From Camelus ferus (lineage: Eukaryota): a stretch of DNA of 64,000 nucleotides. Within the stretch, counting starts at the first letter, position 1. Each line of letters begins with the position of its first letter. Both the position numbers and the translations under genes were made by a program. Of the stretch, positions 1 to 13,200 are shown piece by piece. The notes beneath the pieces are model-generated. The model made no database searches and was not told where the DNA came from. It saw only the letters and a program-made list of their open reading frames with translations. The stretch covers positions 67,582,001-67,646,000 of the forward strand of contig NC_045697.1 of NCBI RefSeq assembly GCF_009834535.1, read 5' to 3'.

Positions 1-414
1 CTGTACAGAATCTGTTGCCTAGATGTTACTTTTGGTACAGATGTATCCTCCTAACATTTAGCATCCTAAAGAACATACGTTTTATATAGCACATGGGAAC
101 ATTTCATCCCTAAAAACAGAACGAAAAGGATGATACAGAAAATGCTAATATGGCTTAGAGATTCTTACAGCACTTAATCAAGTGGAGAAAAAAAAAAGCA
201 ATACCAATTATGTGAACAAGATAAAGATCCGGATGAAAGCAAGACAGTCACGGGGAAAATTGTGACTAAATATGACCTAGGGAAAGAAAAAGAGATGTAA
301 ATCTTATGCCCTAAGAAGATCAACTTTATTAAACTAGTAAGCTTTCGACTAGTTCCTCCTAGGTATCTGTGACGTCAAAGATTTGACAAATATAGAGAAA
401 AGAGATCTGAATTG

Positions 415-560
415 AAAAATCTGAAGATTTGGGTTCATACTTTGCCTTCACCATTGAATTGCTGAATGACTATGGACAGATAATGGAACCTCAGTTTAAT
501 TACCTATAATATGACCATAATTAAACTTGTGCCATCTGGTTGTCAGAGATCAAAATGAGG
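415..560 (+). mobile_element. MIR SINE, degenerate
   Basis: Resembles the MIR core: gaagatttgggttca...tgactatggacaga...aacctcagttt...tataatatga...ggttgtcagagatcaaaatgag. Confidence 0.6.
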
Positions 561-2789
561 AAGTTTATTTGGGGGCTTTATAAATTTTGAAACATATTAC
601 TCCACTCTGATTACCCTGAAGATAATTGTATGTTTGTTATTGTTTGTATTATTTCTGTTAATACATAACTATATGACAACCAAGTAAAGATATCTTGAAA
701 ACAAGATAGAAGTTCTAAGGTAGACAGCTACTCTTTGCATGCAGAGAAGTGCCCTTCCCTTCTTTAAAGCTGGTCTATAGAGGCCCGTGAAAATATAAGA
801 GAATGATATTTCAGAGCTGGAGAAGTAGCTCTCTTCTAAATGGGAATGCATGCCTGACTGCTTCACATATTAATCATAAGATAGTTATCAAATTAACTGA
901 AAGCTGTTGCAATCCCAAGCATGCTTTAAAATAATAAGGTAAAATATCAAATAATAAAAAGGGTCTGGTAGACTTAAGTTTTCCTTTTCCTATTTATTTC
1001 TCTCTTTATATTAATAACACTTATACAGTGTGATAAATTACGATTTTGTTCTTTATCCATTCCAAAGCTGATAGACTACGTGTCGCAGTCTGGAACGTAG
1101 AGCATCATTGTGTGTGTCAGAGTCTGGCAGTTTCTTTGACTCGTGGAGGTCATTGTGTTCTATGATGTGTTTGATAAGTAGCTTCCACCAAATACACTTT
1201 TCAGAGAGAAAGACAGGTTTTTAGACAATTAACAACATTTTTGAGATAAGAAGTTTGGAATATCTATGGTTGGAATAGCTGACACAGCTCTGTATAGCCT
1301 AATGAAAAAGTGAAGTGGCTGTTTTACTTTAGGATTTCTTAAGATTTAAAATATATTTATTTCAATTGTGCCTCATAATATTTAAAATAATACTCTCACA
1401 ACACAGACAAAATTACTGAATGTTATTTTTAGACATTTAGGTGCTCTTACCGTAATTGCTATGAGGAAAGGCAATACGACCAAATCTAGTACTGATACAA
1501 TCAAAATGCTATATTTAGCCTGCACAAAAATTTTCTTCTGGGAATTACAGAATGCTCTGTCCTATTTAACATAGCATATGGACGTAGCATATACCATTAT
1601 TGTAGTCTTCTTTTTCTATTAAAATGCTAATGAATAAAAAGGGATTTCATTTTTATTAAGGAGGGTAGACATACAAGTGTGGGAGAGTGAATTAAAAACA
1701 AACCTACTGGGAGAAGAGATAAGAAGTCTAGACATCTGCATGATTCTTCCTCTCACATATCAAACTCAGAATCATACACCCACTGGGAAGAGGGAAAGTA
1801 TTAAAATACAAAAGAAAACTGAACCCAAACTTATGAAAGAATAGCACCAAAAGTATTCAATAAAAGCAATCAGTTTTCTTATTTTCTTCATAAACAACAT
1901 TGATATTCTTAAAATCTAGAGGCACACATAGTAGGTGGTTTTATCTTTTCTTCTTTTTGTCATTTAAAAAAATATTTAAGAAAAATGTAATAATACTAGC
2001 ATTTTACTGTTCTGGAATTTTCTCCTCATGTCTGTGTTTTTCCTTGCTGACATGCCTTTGGCTAATTCAATATACATTACTGTCTCCTTTTGCCTGCAAA
2101 AAATGTTATGAATCTGATCCTAGTTTAATCTTTATCCCAAATCCATACCACCCTTTCAGGTTTCAGATCCATTCAAGTATGTCTCTTATAGAGCCATTCA
2201 GATGGGTAAGTTAGGTACCCTGAAAAGTCATTAGATGACTTCACTTTCTATTCTTTTTTGTCGGAAAATTAGAAACAAGTGTTCCCCCTTAAAATAAAAA
2301 TGCTTTTGTTTTGACATTCAGCTGAATTGTTTGAGAGACCGTTTTTCATGATGATCACTAACAAAAGTGAAGAACCTGAAAGAAACCATGCTATTTATGA
2401 TGGACTTACTGGTGACAGGAAAAGAAAATATTGAAAAGCTGAATGTCCCAACTGTATTTGCAAAGGAGGTTAACACTTTAAAGCTATATACTGTACTTAA
2501 AATTACTAAGCAGTAACGATTCTGGAAAAAAAAAAAATTCCTACTTAAAATGTAACGTTGCTTTCAAGACTTAAAACTCTTTAACTACTTTTTTACACCT
2601 GAAATTAAAGGTTTTAAAAATATAAATTAAAAATTACATTCCAAATGGATTATCATATGGATGTCAAGATAAAGTCCAAAATAAGAAATGCCTTTTCTCT
2701 TCCAATATTTTGTTATCCTATATTAACTCTCTTGGTAGATATGTAGATTAATTCTAGTTCCCAAACAAGAAAACTGACAACCATCTTAT

Positions 2790-3450
2790 ATGCATCATTC
2801 CTCTCCCATATCTGGCTATTCAGCAAACCTCTATTTCTTTCGATTGCTCTGTTACTTCCTATTCCCACTGCCGTTTCCTTACTGAGAAATCATCCATAAT
2901 TCATCCTACTGCCAAGAGATCTCTAAAACTGAAGTCTAGTCTTTACCTCCTCACTGTTGGAGAAGACATCTACCCCTATCATCATGACAGCTGATGCTTT
3001 TTTATGATTTAAACTCTAGTTGCCAAACCATTTTCCATTGGTGAGATGCTTTATACTTCACTTTATATTTCAGGAAATTTGATTTTTTCCCAAGCTTCCT
3101 ATAGATTATATTAATTTTATACTTTCATACTTTTGCTTAATTTGTTACCTCTTTCCAGACTGCTTTTCTATTCTTTCTACTTAAGCAAATAAAATAAAAT
3201 ACTACATTCAGAGTCCAAGAGAGGTGTTACATTGTTTAGGAAATCTTTGCACATGACATCTCCCACATGTGTATTCACACACCCTCTAGCTTACCTTTGA
3301 AAAATGTTTATGAGCTTGTTTTTGCATTGTTACCCAGTGGTTACAAACCTTCACAACAGGCTCTCCTACTGTGAGTTCCTGGAAGAGCAACATAATGCAT
3401 TACTCATATTTCTATCTTCACAATAAAATGAGGTTTAAAAATGGAATAAA
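2790..3450 (+). mobile_element. L2 LINE 3' fragments, highly diverged
   Basis: Pyrimidine-rich L2-type segments (ttcctattcccactgcc, gtgagttcctggaagagca) ending in an aatggaataaataa-type tail. Confidence 0.5.
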
Positions 3451-4309
3451 TAAGACAAGGTACAGGAAATATATAAGTCATACGACAGGGATAGGCAAAT
3501 GCTAGTGTATTGAAACCCTGAAGAATGGCAGAATGACAGAATCTTAGGATAGAAGGAACAATAGTTGTTAAAGGCTCAGTAGAGGATGATTTTAAAACAT
3601 TATGCTGCCCCCTTTGGGTTGTAACCGTTCTGTGAGTTGTATGTAGTAAAAAAGCCCATCTGTTTGTTGCTAACCTAGCTAAGATAAGTGAATTTCTTTT
3701 TTCTCATATCCTAGGATACCTTCCTGCATTAATTAGGGTAGAAAGGCCCACAGTTAATGGACTATTCAAGATGTTCTGATTTGGATGGATTTGACCATTG
3801 TGTGAAGCACTTTCTTAAGTGCTCTCTCAGGTTTTATCTTAGTTCCAGCTCATTTGACTTTTTGGTGCTCTCTCGCCTCTCTTGTGACAAAAAAAAAAAA
3901 TCCTGCTTTTCATTTTAATTTTATTCAATGCTGCGTTCTTGTTTTTTGTAGGCTTTTTTTTTTTTTTTTTTGGTTGGCTTAACAGATGGTAGATATGTTT
4001 TAATACTTAACCTATTTAGAAGTAGTTAGGAAAATAATACTTTATTGGTAAATATCAAATTAAATAGAATAGTCACTCAAATGAGAATTTTATACATTTT
4101 TACCTACATTTGAATAGCGTTATATGTTATTATAATAGGAAATTTAAAAGGTATAATTATTGATACTCTCAGTGTAACAAACTGATTATAAAAGACCCAC
4201 ACTTGATTGGTAGGTTTTTTTTTTTCTCACCAGATTTGGTTTTGGAATTAAGCTTGTGAGTGATCTGAAATTATAAATACAATATTAATTTAAATAAAAA
4301 AATTATTTC

Positions 4310-4720
4310 CAGTAATTCCTGGGACATGGTAAGTCCTCTCTGATGTGGTAATAAAAGCAAATCCTTGAAGATGGTGAAAGAGTGAGCCCTCCTGAGAGAA
4401 TATTCCAGACAAAGGTGATATGAAGTCCAGCAACCTTGAGATGGGAGCAGTTGGACCTGGTTATCTGGGGAAGAGGAAAGAGGGCAGTGTGCCTGGAACT
4501 GGGGTGGGGGAAGGTTGGAGAGGGAGAGAGCAAGCTTTAGAGATGGTGCCCGGGAGGTGACACAGGATCTTGGAGGCCTTATAGGCCATCGCAAGGATTA
4601 TGGCTTCTACTCTTAGTGAGAGAGAAGGCCTTGAAGGACTCTGAGAAGAGAAGCGCCAGGATCTGACTTACATTTAAAGGGATCACCGACTATGGAGAGT
4701 AGAAAGTAGGGTAGGTGGTT
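4310..4720 (-). mobile_element. L2 (L2a-like) LINE fragment
   Basis: Antisense L2 signature ggccttataggccatcgcaaggattatggcttctactct...gaaggccttgaaggactctgagaagag...gatctgacttacatttaaagggatcac; accounts for ORFs 4271..4594 and 4303..4533. Confidence 0.8.
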
Positions 4721-7154
4721 GGGTGCAACTTTGAGTGAGAAGAAATCTTTCAGCAAAGTGAAGGGGCTAGAGCAAGAGTTCACAATCAGTGGGGGTACAG
4801 GTCCCAGAAAAAAGAATCCAACAATTCATATGCACACAAAGCACTGTCAGTTTGGTCTTAATTTAGCTCTAACAAAATATGCAGCATGAATAATGAACAT
4901 GTATGCAAAGATATTAATGAAATCTACATTCTTTAAATACATACTGATTTTATAAAGAGTATTGTATCATTATGATCGTCTTAATCAATGGATTCTAAGA
5001 GAAAAATTACTACAATATAAGGGACCTGTAAGTTTTTGTTATTAAAAAAAGTTTATGTTATTGAAGTTGGAAGCCACTGTGCTAAATAGGAGGACTTGAG
5101 CTTTGGGTGAATTTTTTCTTTATTTTCAAAAGGAAGACATGAGAAGTGGCCAATATGCAGGAATAAGTCAGTAGATTGGCCAATATTTATAGATTTCCTG
5201 CTGTATCCCACTGTCCTTTGTATCCCTCTTTGCAGGGATTAAATGTAATAATGGAGCGGCAGGGGTACCTGCAGGGATACTGGGGAGGCTGGCTCAAGCA
5301 CCATGGCTGTTAGATCCTGTTTTCTTAAACCTCAAGATCTGGTAGCACTACAGGTCTTGGAATATTCCCAAAGCAATTAAATACGTCCTTTGGAAATAAC
5401 CCATAGCTCCTCCTCCATACATCTTTATAGCAATAACTGTGATACATAAATATGGGGAAAGAATTGAAATCAAACATACAGACACACATGTGATTTTACA
5501 TAGACACTGAAAACTTTACTGTTACTGGTTGTCCAAATTATGCTTGTAGTTTCTTGTGGACTTTAGGAATAAAATGTATTTTAAAATGGTGCTCTCTTTT
5601 TAAAATGGTGCTCTGATTTCCTGACATTACCTTCCAGAAATGTCAGGAAATCAGTATGCTGATAATAAATAACACTGGACAAACATTATTAATTTTTCTT
5701 TTTGAAAAAAACTTGGTGGAACATTGACATACTCTATTAAACAAAAATGATCAACCTTTTTGGTATTCTGATAAATACACAGACATAGGTATATGAACTT
5801 TTGTTAATATTTACATTAAATCATCAGATTGTTGGTCAGAATGATAGCTTCATTTTGAAATATTCCCAGCCTCTACTTTCTGCTAGTGTCCGCTAAAATA
5901 AATCACACAGTAACTGGTATCAATGTATTTCTGTTTCCCAGAGAGCTCCCTTCACCATGGCATGTCCTCTATTTCAAGGTCAGTGCATTAATGACAACAC
6001 ATTACTCTGGTGAGTCAGTCCAGTCCCTTAGCTTGCAAAATGTTGAAATTTTGCTAAAAGCAATTCTTGAATTAATTGTAACTGTCTGGCCAGTTCAGTC
6101 CCATCTGAATTGGCCAAATTGTACTTTTCAGAAAAAAGTAAAGCCCCTTTAAAATGCTAGGCTGTGTTCCGAATTGCTCTAGAAGTGGCCACAGAATACA
6201 GCTTTCTCTTCTGCCTCCTGAATAGCTCGAGGCTCAGCACAGGGAACCCTCCCTCTTACTGCTCACACTCTGCTTTATCTCTTGACACTGGAAGCTTTCC
6301 TGTTTGTCTGGTATTTCTACTCTACAATCAAATCGATTTATGTCTACCCCTCAACTTGTCTTCTTTCAAAACTCCACTTTAATTAGAAACAAATCTTTGT
6401 ATTAGACAAGCAACAAAGACAGCAATATAGAGGGAAAGGTTGATGGGAATCTGTCCACATTATTTACCAAATGGTTCAGTATTTCCAAGCAGCTGATGAC
6501 AGACCAGTCATCAATCCAAATTCATTTCCAGAGAGACACATAAAAACTTCACTGCTTAACAGAGCTCAAAATACCTGCCTGCCATTCTTACTCCAGTGCA
6601 AGGGGAGACTGTTCTGCTGATGCTGGGGATCTTCTCTAATCTTTCTCATTGGGTATCGCCGTCTGATGCTAATTATATTGTTGATGGTTCTAATTTTGGT
6701 TTAGAGTGGAAATTTTTTTAATACTTCAGGATTGGGTGATGGAGTTGTCACGGTGAAAAGCCGGATCATGGAAAAATGGGTGTAAATATATATGTGTGTG
6801 TGCATGCATGGATTTGAGTATAACTGTCGTGGACTCTACAAGTTCAAACTAAAAATACAGTTAGATCTCTTCTGCATTTCTACTTAATTGCTTAAGCACT
6901 TTTACTTCTCATTAATACACGGTTTATTATTTTCTTCTTGAGAACCCCTCTCCTTGTACTTCGAGCACTTACACAATTTAGCAAGGGGTTAATCTGGGCT
7001 TCGACAGTCAAACGCTGAGAAAAGTGGGGTCTGATTAGCTTCTCACTACCATAGCTTCTTGCTGCTACACATTGTGTGGCACAGTCTAATTTCCCGCGTG
7101 CCCAGGCTCACTGAGGAGGGCCACATTTCACTTAGGCTCCCAAAAGGCAGTTTT

Positions 7155-8075
7155 TCACAGACATAGACCCACTAGAATATAGTCAACTGATTTTTGACCA
7201 AGGTTTAAAGGCAATACAATGTAGCAAAGGCATTCTTTTCAACAAATAATGCTGGAACAATTGGACATACACATATAAAAAAAAGAATCTAGACACAGAC
7301 TTTAATACCCTTCAAAAATTAACTCAAAAGGGATCACAGACTTAAATATAAAATACTAAACTATAAAATTCTTAGTAAATAATAAAGGGGAAAAATCTAG
7401 ATGACCTTGGATTTGGCAATGACTTTTTTGACACAACAACAAAAGCAGAATCCATGAAAGAAAGAATTGATAAGCTAGACTTTATTAAAATTAAAAATTC
7501 TCCTCTGCTAAAGACACTGTCAAGAGAATGAAAGGACAAACCACAGATTGGGAGAAAATGTTTGTAAAATACGTACCTGATAAACTATTGCTATTCAAAA
7601 TTTACAAATAACTCCCAAAACTTAAAAGAAGAAAGCAAACAACCTGATTAAAAAATGGATCATACAACTTCACAGGCACCACACCAAAGAAAATACAAAG
7701 AAGGTAAATAAGCATCTGAAAAGATGCTTCACATCGTACATTATCAGGGAAGTGCAAATTGAAACAACAATGACAGACTACTACACACCTACTAGAGCTG
7801 GCAAAATCCAGAACGCTGACGACACCAAATTCTAATGAGGATGTGGAACAACAGGATTTCTCATTCATTGCTGGTGGGAATGCAACTAAGCATACCATAC
7901 CATCTAATAGTCATGTTCCTGGGTATTTTCCTAAGGGAGTTGAATCTTATGTCCACCCCAAAACATGCACACACGTTTATAGCCACCTTATTCGTAATTG
8001 CCAAAACTTGGTACATCCACACAATGGAATATTGCTCAGTGCAAAAAACAAATGAGCTATCAAGCCATGAAGAAT
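7155..8075 (+). mobile_element. Old L1 (L1MC-like) ORF2 3' part, left half of an interrupted element
   Basis: L1 ORF2 C-terminal sequence (caactgatttttgaccaagg...aacaaataatgctggaacaattggac...), ending at gagctatcaagccatgaag, which is L1MC-type 3' sequence. Confidence 0.85.
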
Positions 8076-8078
8076 CAT

Positions 8079-8831
8079 AGATACTATAAAATTCCTAAAG
8101 GAAAACATAGGCAGAACACTGAGATAAATTGCAGCAATATTTTTTTGAATCCATCTCCTAAAGGAAATAAAAGCAAAAATAAACAAATGGGACCTAATTA
8201 AACTTAAAAGCTTTTGCATAGCAAAGGAAACCATCAACAAAACAAAAAGACAACCTGTGGAATATGAGAAAATATTTGCAAATGATATGACAAGAGATTA
8301 ATATCCAATATATATAAACAGCTCATACAACTCAACATCAAAAAATAAATAACCTGATTAAAAACTAGGCAGAAGGACTGAACACTTTTTCAGAGAGGAA
8401 GTGTAGATGGCAATAGGCACATGAAAAGATGCTCAACATCACTAACCATTGGGGAGATGCAACTCAAAACCACAATGAGATATCACCTCACAGCTGTCAG
8501 AATGGCTATTATCAAAAAGAACACAAATAACAAATGTTGGTGAGGACGTGGAGAAAAGGGAACCCTTGTATACTGTTGGTGGGAATGTAAATTGGCGTAG
8601 CCACTGTGGAAAATCATATGGCGATTTCTTAAAAAACTGAAAATAGAACTACCATATATAACCTAGCGATTCTACTCCTGGTTATATATCTGAAAAAAGC
8701 AAAAACAGTCATTCAAAAAGATACATGCACCCCAATGTTTATAGCAGCATTTTTTTTTACAATTGCCAAGATATGGAAGCAACCTAAATGTCCATCAACA
8801 GATGAATGAATAAAGAAGAAGTATATACGTA

Positions 8832-8881
<50 letters not shown>

Positions 8882-9275
8882 GGAATACTTAGGCATAAAA
8901 GAAAGAACAGAATTTTGCCATTTGCAGCAACATGGATGGACTTGGAGGGCATTATGCTAAGTGAAATAAGTCAGACAGAGAAAGACAAATACTGTATGAT
9001 ATCACTTATATGTGGAATCTAAAAAATACAACAAACTAGTGAATATAGCAAAAAAGAAGCAGACTCACAGTTAGAGGGAACAAACTAGTTGTTACCAGTG
9101 AGCAGAGAGGAGGAGTAGCAATAGACAGGTGGGAGAGTGGGAGGCACAAACTACTGGATGTAAGATAGGCTGAGGGATGTATTGTACAACACAGGGATTA
9201 TAGCCAGTATTTTGTAATAACTGTAAATGTAACCTTTAAAAATTGTATAAAAATTAAAATAAGTAAATAAAGAGA
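8079..9275 (+). mobile_element. Younger 5'-truncated L1 (ORF2 end, 3'UTR, A-rich tail) nested in the L1MC-like element
   Basis: ORF 8837..9022 contains ILPFAATWMDLEGIMLSEISQTEKDKYCMISLICGI, the L1 ORF2 C-terminus; 3'UTR and A-rich tail at about 9240-9280. Confidence 0.92.
8835..8878 (+). repeat. (TG)n microsatellite, about 22 units, inside L1
   Basis: Uninterrupted tg run seen directly. Confidence 0.97.
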
Positions 9276-9279
9276 AAAA

Positions 9280-9775
9280 AGATAATTGAGGAAATTTAAA
9301 TGCATATTAGTAAGTGTAGGAAGTCAACTGAGAAGTCTACATACTGTACAATTCCAACTCTATAACATTCTGGAAAAGGCAAAATTATGGAGACAGTAAA
9401 AAGATCATTTGGTTGCTAGGGTTTGGGGATAAGATGGAGGGATACACATATAGCGCATTGAGGATACTTAGGGCAGTGAAAGTATTCTGTATGCTACTAT
9501 AATGGTGGTACATATTGTTATGAATTAGTCCAAACTCATAGAATGGACAACACCAAGAATGAATCCTAAAGTAAACTACTGACTTTCAGTAATAATTGTA
9601 TGTAATTGTGGATTCATAACTTGTAACAAATGTACCACTCTGGTGGGCAATGCTGAATATGGGAAAGGCTATGCACTTGTGTGGGCAAGCAGTACATGGA
9701 AAATCTCTGTACTTTCTGCTCAATAATACTATGAACCTAAAAGTGCCTTAAAAAATAAAATCTATTTTAAAAAGC
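9280..9775 (+). mobile_element. L1MC-like 3' end, right half of the interrupted element
   Basis: gaggaaatttaaatgcatattag...ttctggaaaaggcaaaattatggagacagtaaaaagatc...tgtaacaaatgtaccactctggtggg...gaacctaaaagtgccttaaaaaataaa continues the L1MC consensus from about 8070. Confidence 0.88.
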
Positions 9776-9927
9776 AGGATTTTTTTTTCTGCTCAGGAAC
9801 ACATACACCTGCCTTGTGTCACAGGGGCGCTGAGATGGCAGTTAAGAGCTTAGGGGCTGATCTAGCTTCCATACCTCTCTCTGTCTCTCCCTCCCTCTCT
9901 CTCTCTGTGTAGATATATATATATATA

Positions 9928-11057
9928 TTTTTTTTTGAACTATAGTCAGTTTACAATGTTGTGTCAATTTATGGGTTGCAGCATAATGCTTCAGTCATAC
10001 ATGAACATTCATATATTCCTTTTCATATTCTTTTCACCATAAGTTACTACAAGATATTGAATATAGTTCCCTGTGCTATACAGCATAAACTTGTTGTTTA
10101 TCTATTTTATGTGTATTAGTTAGTATCTGCAAATCTGGAACTCCCAATTTATCCCTTCCCACCTCTTTCCCCTCTGATAACCATAAGTTTGTTTCCTATG
10201 TCTAAGTCTGTTTCTGTTTTGTAAATAAGTTCATTGATTTTTTGTTTTTTAGATTCCACATATAAGTGATATCATGGTATTTTTCTTTCTCTTTCTAGCT
10301 TACTTCACTTAGAATGATAATCTCCAGGTCCATCCATGTTGCTGCAAATGGCATTATTTTATTCTTTTTTATGAATGAGTAGTATTCCATTGTATAAATA
10401 TACCACAGCTTCTTTATCCAGTCATCTATCAATGGACATTTAGGTTGTTTCCATGTCTTGGCTATTGTAAATAGTGCCACTATGAACATTGGGGTGCATG
10501 TATCTTTTTGAATTAAGGTTCCCTCTGGATATAGGTGCACAAGTGGGATTGCTGGATCACATGGTTAGTCTATTTTTAGTCTTTGGAGGAATCTTCATAC
10601 TGTTTTCCATAATGGCTGCACCAAACTGCATTCGCACCAACAGTGTAAGAGGGTTTCCTTTTCTCCACAGCCTCTCCAACATTGATCATTTGTGGATTTT
10701 TGGATGATGTCCATTCTGACTTGTGTGAGGTGATACCCCATTATAGTTTTGATCTGCATTTCTCTGATAATTAGCAAAATTGAGCATTTTTTTCATGTGC
10801 CTATTTTCATGTGTCTTCATTGGAGAATTACTTGTTTAGGTCTTCTGCCCATTTTTGGATTGGGATGTTTGTTTTTTTGTTATTAAGTTGTATGAGTTGT
10901 TTATATATTCTGGAAATTAAGTCCTTGTCAGTCCCATCTTTTGCAAATATTTTCTCCCATTCCATAGGTTTTCTTTTTGTTTTGCCTATGGTTTCCTTTG
11001 CTGTGCAAAAGTTTATAAGTTTAATTAGGTCCCATTTGTTTATTTTTGCTTTTATTT
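9928..11057 (-). mobile_element. Young lineage-specific L1 3' end (ORF2 end and 3'UTR), antisense
   Basis: ORFs 10295..10540 (DTCTPMFIVALFTIAKTWKQPKCP...PFAATWMDLEIIILSEVS) and 10595..10777 (IIREMQIKT...[28 protein letters not shown]) are L1 ORF2; T-tail at about 9928. Confidence 0.95.
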
Positions 11058-12284
11058 ATGTGAAAATTAGGGTTCTCTGTGTCTCCATGGGACTCCAACC
11101 TGAACAGTTAGGGCAATTTACTCTCCTAAGAAATACTCCTACAATTGAGTCTAAGGTGATTTTCTCACACCTCTAGCACATTAAAGCTATGTATGTATTT
11201 GTGCACCTGCCCATCAATCCATATCTAAAACCATATGCTTATGTATTATATATGTGCAATATATTAAAAAACTAGATCCATCATGCCACTTTCATTTTTG
11301 TCATTGAAATAGTAGCATTGTAATATGCGTAATATCACAAGTGTTGCTATTTTCCCCCTAATCTAAATCAGAGGAAACAAATGATTATTATACCACTCAA
11401 ATATTCTGAATTCTTGAAGAGCCATCATATACTGCATGCAGCTCTAGGTACCAGTCTTATTTATGTACATTTTTAATGCAATGATTTATTTTAAGTTATT
11501 TGTGACCACTAGATGAGAAGGAAATGTGTAACAAAATTGGATCCTGTCTAAAAAATCCAGTAATGATTTTTCAAAAAATATTATGCCATGACACATTAGG
11601 CTTTTATGCAAAGTGAAATCACTGTGCCGGAACTATAGACATTTAATAAAAATAAAGGAAAACCTGTTAAAGGCAAATACCTTAGTACATAGTAATATCC
11701 TTTCACCTTTCCTTGCAATTTCTCCACTTGGCACAAAGAATCTTGATGCTTTTAAGTGTTTTTATGTAGCTGGCAGAATGGATTTTTCAATATATCTTGA
11801 TTCCCAGAGGCTTTATGGGTTTTGCAAACCTATGGCAAACCACAATTTGTGTAAGTGTTATTTTCTTATATGAATCCCATTATTCCATAGAGATGGGCTT
11901 GCTGAGTGGACAGAGTATTACATTTTCTTCTCTGTGGTATATTCAGAATCCAGTGTAGTCCTAAAGACTAAAAAGTTGAATAAATGAAGAACAGGATGAA
12001 AATTAACAGAGCAGAGAAGCCCCAGCTGAGGGAGAAATAAATGGCTTCATAAACTTTGAATTGGTGCAGCATAAGAGGTCTCATCCAGGCCAAAAGACAT
12101 CTGCTGAAGTTTTTTCTTCTATCTCAGGATTCTATATTCTGGTTTCAGATAGTTCTTGTGTTACCACTTGTGACACAGAATCCTGTAACTTATACATACC
12201 TGACTTAAGTAATGATTTATAGCAAATTTAGTAATGCCGCCCAACTTCCATTCATGCAGTAATTCAATGTGTATTTTTCACTCT

Positions 12285-12680
12285 TACGAGTTTGATTTTT
12301 CTTCTAAAAATTCATAGTTTGAAGTCCTAAATCTCAGTATCTCAGAATGTGACCTTATTTGGAGATAGGGTATTTAAACAGGTGATTTAGTAGAATGATG
12401 TATTAGACTGAGTTCTAGTCAACTATGATTGGTGTCCTTATATACACTGGAAATTTGAAGACAGACATGCGTCTAGGGAGAATGCCATGTGAACCTGAAG
12501 ACGAACATTTTCAAGCTGAAGAGAGAGGCCTGGAATGGATCCTTCCCTCACAGCCCTCAAGGAGAACCAGCTCTTTTAACACATTGATTTCTGAATGACA
12601 GCCCCCAGAACTGCAACAATAAATGTCTGTAGTTTAAGCCGCTGAGCACTTTGCTAAGGCGGTCCTGGCAAACACAGACA
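12285..12680 (+). mobile_element. MaLR solo LTR (MLT1A/B-like)
   Basis: ctcagaatgtgaccttatttggagatagggt...ggtgtccttata...gccatgtgaa...ccagaactgcaacaataaatgtctgtagtttaagcc...aaacacagaca. Confidence 0.88.
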
Positions 12681-12739
12681 ATGCATAACAGATGATATTC
12701 TAGGTATGAAGAGATTGAAAAAAAAAATTAAAGCTCTAA

Positions 12740-13200
12740 AGGAGGTTTCCAGAGAAGAGGAGACGAGAGATAAGCACACAAATAAATGCTGTCATTGTGG
12801 CATTTGCTGCTCAGAGGGATGCCCAGGGTGTTGTGGGTACACAGAAGATGAGGAGACTTCACATCAAATAGGATAACCAGGGAAGTCAGAACCTCAGAGC
12901 TCATTCGGAAAAATCAAAGAGGACTGATGAAGATAGAAGACAAAGAACAGTTACAACGTGAAGTGCATGTGCATGAGCAAGGCGATACAGAATACTGTGC
13001 TTCCTTCTGGCAGTTCCAAACCTGGCTAGTGACTCAGGTTCGGCTGTCACTATTGCTGGTATTGGTGGAGGTGTCTCTGAAAAGATAAGGATAGACCAAG
13101 GCAGAAACAAGTTTACAAAAAGAAAAGATTTGGTACATTGTGCTGAAGGCGTGAAATGACGGATGGGAAAGTAAGGAAGTACAAGACATTTTAAAGTGAG
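12740..13200 (-). mobile_element. L2 fragment, degenerate
   Basis: Purine-rich antisense L2-like segments (ggtgttgtgggtacacagaagatgag...ccagggaagtc). Confidence 0.45.

Noticed and set aside
2321..2470. Exon-like segment with splice-like signals on both strands
   Set aside because: Frames terminate quickly, and the implied minus-strand intron would be only about 30 nt.
4770..5080. Possible hAT-Charlie fragment
   Set aside because: Only a weak TIR-like end (gttggaagccactg); no family or TSD could be established.
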